DNA of 63,397 nt, the filler included, from Craspedostauros australis (Eukaryota), in assembly GCA_030167865.1 (NCBI GenBank). It is 8 parts of 8 records of this genome, joined end to end, with 100 filler letters (N's around TTAATTAATTAA, not from the genome) between each part and the next. Parts side by side here need not be neighbours in the genome. Positions count along the whole stretch, not along the records: positions 50,013 to 59,347 come from JALAGF010003285.1; positions 59,448 to 63,397 come from JALAGF010003287.1; 6 more parts are not named here. The stretch is one strand, 5' to 3'. Below are positions 59,301 to 63,397 of this stretch, piece after piece. The translations under genes were made by a program, and so were the position numbers. The notes under the pieces were generated by a model. That model was given only the letters and a program-made list of their open reading frames with translations. It made no database searches and was not told the DNA's origin. Within the stretch, counting starts at the first letter, position 1. Each line of letters begins with the position of its first letter.

Positions 59301-62300
59301 ACACAACGCCTTCAAATCGGCGTTAAATCAAATGTGAGTACAGTGAANNNNNNNNNNNNNNNNNNNNNNNNNNNNNNNNNNNNNNNNNNNNTTAATTAAT
59401 TAANNNNNNNNNNNNNNNNNNNNNNNNNNNNNNNNNNNNNNNNNNNNAAGATACATTCGGAGAAACGCGCACATCCACAGGAGATGTTTTGGCTTCACAT
59501 GGTCGGGCAAGAGGTTCGCCCCAAGCAAGTCATCCCACAGGAGGTGCAAGATGGAGGGATCTGTGCCAAATACGGACCGATAGTCTCTCGTGAGCAAGTT
59601 TGTCACGTGCTCGGCCCCAGCCAAATCCAGATTCGTGCCAATTAAGGCGAATCCTTCAACAGCAAAAGTTCCATCAGCAACCGTGTGAGGGTCTGTTGGC
59701 ACGTCCATGGTTGGTTCGTGAATGCGTGCTGTGGGCTGGCGTGTGGTGCTCACTTTGTGTGCGCAACGGTACCGTGTGCCATGTAGCAGCTTGCTCTGCA
59801 AAAAACAATCGATACCCAATCCACACAGAGTGGAGTAGCACTAGAGCAGAGCAGAGCAGAGCAGAGCAGAGCAGAAGAGGACAGTGATGCAGCACAGAAT
59901 TGGGAAGAGTACAGCATCAACTTGCCTGCCATTTTGTTGCTATTCTGCTGCATCGTATTTCTGTTGGTGTTTTTGGCGCTCGTGAACAGAAACTGCAACA
60001 AGTGTGCATCTCCTGTTGATGAACGCAGGCCACAACGGAGGTGGATTTAGTCGCACGATGGGAGAAGCGTCGTACAGTCGTCTGTAGAGGAGTCTAATTT
60101 TTCGCGAGAAGCCTACGACTAAAAAGCACGACTGTTCCGCGATTCGACGCGGTCGACTAAAAAATTTGAAACGAGTCTTGGATTAGTCTTCTAGATGAAC
60201 CGAAGTACCGCTACAATTCGTGGGACACAGTTAGGCGACACCTCGCCCCACCCGTTGGACAAGAATGCAACGGGAACAACCGCGAGCGTGCTCGTCACTA
60301 GGCGAGCGTATTGATGACATGTGCCACACCGTGCATGGGCACCGCTACCAACTTCGCTACCAACTCTGCAACAATGTCACCTGTGTTGTGCCTGCCAGAG
60401 ACAAAAGCATCGCAAGAACTATCGCTGAGAAACAGGAGGTGCCGATTTGTACGGTACAGTACTCCAGTACTCCTTTCGTAGAATACTACTCAACGGTAGC
60501 ACCCAACGACAGTTACGAAATGCAACTTGTCGTTGGTAGGAACGAACCCGAGGAGGCTTGGAGGGAAACGCGAATAGGAGAAGCGATTGGGGGAGCGTTG
60601 AAGCCGGGAATGGAAAGAGAGAAGAGGAATTGGGAAGAGAAACCACATCCAATTCCACGAAGGAAATCCTGAGCGTTCCGTCTAGTTTACTCCTTTTGTT
60701 CGTGACAATGTAGCGATGAAGTGAAATACAGCACTGGAGATAAGGCAATAATCCCGTCTCCATTTCCCATGGGGGAAATGGAGAGCGATTCATCGATGAT
60801 TCCTGTGGATTACCGTTGGATCGCCACGACGATTGCGTGGAAATCTATTCGTCTCGGTAATCCTCCCTCCCCATCGCCATCACCCCAACCTGATGGATCG
60901 CCATGGCAAGCGGATCGGATTAGGCGGGAATCCGTCCATCTGAACAGTCTGTTGCAGTTTTTCCTCACCAACATTGTCCTCCAATCAAGCGTTCGTGTAG
61001 ACTAACGGAAATGCTAGTTTGTCATGGGACTAAATCAAGCATTCAACCAATGAAACATCTACTTCCACATGGCCACACTGATCCAGTATGCCATATGAAG
61101 GGGAAAGGAGCTTGAAAATTTGACAAGTTCAGTGTCTGTTGCAATCAAGACACCCTCTGCCAATTTTGTGTTCCCGATTTGTCTAGACTCAATTGAAATT
61201 TCTGTTTCTCACAGTATCATCTATGCTGAATGCAACTAATGCAATTGTGGCTTGTTGGTAATCATCCAAATCATCATGCCAAGCAACATACATAGCTTTT
61301 ACTACAACATGTTGCTTCACAGGAGTTTGCAAAACCCTGCATTTACATCTCATGAATCAAAGCCAACACTGAGGTGCACACAATGCCACGACGCTGGACA
61401 CAGACCTGCCACCAAGTCCAACTCCTAAAACAGAAGATCAGGAGTGGTGAAATCCCCCCTGAGCAATCCTGGCGACAGGTTTGGAACAACAATGAAGAAG
61501 CAAGGTGCTTCATCGAACCAGAATTCAAACATACCCTTCGTCGACTCCGCCAGAAGGTTCTCGAAGAAAAACGTAAGTTCCTTGTTGACCTGAACAGCTG
61601 CTTCCTGCTGATGTCATGACATTCCTTTCCTGCATTGGCACTCACACTTTCTCAGGTTGCAGAGGCGCAATAGCGTCTCCCACCGTGACAGAGCTCGCAG
61701 AGACGCAATAGCGTCCCCCACCGTGACAGAGCTCGCAGAGAACGCTCGAGACATCCGCGACGCTGCTCGCATGGTTCGGATCGAAATTCCCCCTCCCCTT
61801 CCAGACCCACACTCGGACCACGCACCAACATCAACCACGACTACAACACTCGCGCCTTCCACAGCACCAACTGCTCCCACACCATTCGCCCAAACACAAA
61901 CAACTACCACAGACACATCAACACCAACCATGTTCACCCACCAACCACATCAACCAACCAACCAAAACAACAACAACATGGACATGAGCGAATGGCTAAA
62001 GGAGAATGGTAACTTGAACCTGCCTGTCTTGCGCACTTGCTACCTGAGTGACAATGGTGCTCGCATCCTTGACCTCATGTTTCAAGTGCCAGGGGGCAGT
62101 TGTCTCGAGGATTTCACAGTGTCAGTGGTACCGGGGCATGTCTGTGCGCGTGGAGATGGAGCAGATGGCCGCGCTTGCTGACGTGGAGGCCGTCCACACT
62201 GTTCTTCGTGCCGCTGGCATGGCTGAAGGCAATTCTGTTGTGCCTTTCGCTGACGAGCAAGCCCGCCGCGACGCTTATGGCTCCTCGATCGCCAGCCTCA

Positions 62301-62719
62301 AGCGTTCGCCCAATGGCAGGCCCGTCCGTTGCCAGACCGTTAACCTACCGTTTGCGGTTAACTGGAGATTTGAAGAAAAGCAGCGATGGTGTGCTGCCTG
62401 GTGTGACATTAGTGGAAATCGAAATTCCTGACCCAGCCAATAATGGCTTTTCTAACGCCGGAGTTCTCCTTGTTCGCATGGTGGAGTTGCATCCGGCCCA
62501 ACCGCTTTTCTCGCGCGCGACACATGCCAAAAAGCCGCCTTCTACATACCCGATCGCGAACATGAACGCCGTTGCAGGCATTCCAACATTTAACCGCGCG
62601 CCTTCCCACCACTCGATTGCGCGCGACGACAACACCTACACATCAAGCATTGCCACCTCGACGAATGTGTCAACACAACGCCTTCAAATCGGCGTTAAAT
62701 CAAATGTGAGTACAGTGAA
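56076..62719. repeat. 3272-bp duplicated segment: 56076-59347 equals 59448-62719 (offset 3372), on either side of a contig spacer
   Basis: The ORF track repeats identically at +3372. No differences were seen by eye. Confidence 0.95.
58011..59347 (+). pseudogene. Putative transposon accessory gene, divergent from the Harbinger-type transposase (copy 1, truncated at the contig end)
   Basis: Exon MPRRWTQ...LRRLRQKVLEEK, a GTAAGT...TCAG intron (58201-58283), a PT-rich linker, then a beta-rich-looking domain. Frameshifts at 58294-58369, ~58762 and ~59005. Confidence 0.6.
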
Positions 62720-63397
62720 ACGCGCTACTTATGGTTCTATTGTCGTTGCCTTCTTTCCAAGACTAACCCACTGCATTCATTCACTTTCTTTATTGTTCTT
62801 TGTCATGTGACATGTCAGAGTGCAATTCGCTTGTCTGAACGTGGAAACGCAGCGTCTGTCCGTAGCTCGTCGCGCACTGTTCCAACTCGTAGCAGCAGGA
62901 CCTCCATGCGCAGCTCCACCAGCAGCAGATTTGCTGCCTCTGCATCTCTGCGCCATAAAACCGGTCGCTACAACACTCGTCGTCGCCATGCGAAAAGAAC
63001 ACCACCACCACCAGCTTGGCGAAACAACATGGGCCGCGCCATGCGCCATGGCGCGGCCATGGAGACCTTTCAAGACAGAGAGATGATGCCACCGCCACCA
63101 TCCCTCCCACCAGGCCGTCTTCCAGTCATCACAATGGCGGAAGCAAGAGCTCTTGTGGCAGCTCGCCACCGGGAAGATGGCTTCTTGGCATGTGGACCTC
63201 GGGCAGCACAAGGCAAGGCAGCAGCAGAGGCACAAGACAAGGCAGAGGCACAAGACAAGGCAGAGGCACAAAACAAGGCAGAGGCACAAAACAAGGCAGA
63301 GGTGGCAGCACAAGCAGAGGTGGCAGCACAGGCAGAGGTGGCAGCACAGGCAGAGGTGGCAGCACAGGCAGAGGTGGCAGCACAGGCAGAGGTGGCA
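61383..63397 (+). pseudogene. Same accessory gene (copy 2), with a further exon from 62819 running off the window into Ala/Glu/Gln repeats
   Basis: A phase-0 intron AAT|GTGAGT...TCAG|AGT leads to an open frame SAIRLSERG...MAEARA...(AEAQDK)2(AEAQNK)2(AEVAAQ)n with no stop before the window end. Confidence 0.6.
63224..63397 (+). repeat. 18-bp coding minisatellite (GCAGAGGCACAA(G/A)ACAAG then GCAGAGGTGGCAGCACAG units)
   Basis: Directly visible tandem units. Confidence 0.92.

Noticed and set aside
62777..63383. Minus-strand CLVLCL and LPPLPV repeat ORFs
   Set aside because: Antisense frames of the 18-bp minisatellite; the + frame splices onto the partner gene.

Overview
Eukaryotic nuclear DNA from a diatom, judged from GT-AG introns, bipartite plastid presequences, a silicon transporter and a CoDi-type copia remnant. 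The window is eight contigs joined by 100-nt N/TTAATTAATTAA spacers, so adjacency across spacers is not evidence. Contigs 1 and 3 are gene-rich. Contig 1 carries two paralogous small mitochondrial-type proteins, an ABC1 kinase, NDUFA12, SDH2 and a receptor-type nucleotide cyclase. Contig 3 carries an M6 protease, POR, a 2Fe-2S protein, a plastid protein, ARP4 and SIT. The other contigs are accessory or TE-rich: a decayed copia, a Crinkler/RHS-like P-loop NTPase, an ankyrin-BTB pseudogene, a secreted Cys-rich RXL protein, and a transposon nest at 50-63 kb. The most informative structure is in that nest. A PIF/Harbinger-type DDE transposase is split by a solo LTR with a 6-bp TSD, and its reading frame is restored when the LTR is removed. 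A divergent partner gene of an unrecognised, non-Myb-looking family lies beside it, and a second distant homologue of that partner sits at 39.7-40.2 kb. All family assignments are by motif recognition; no database searches were run.
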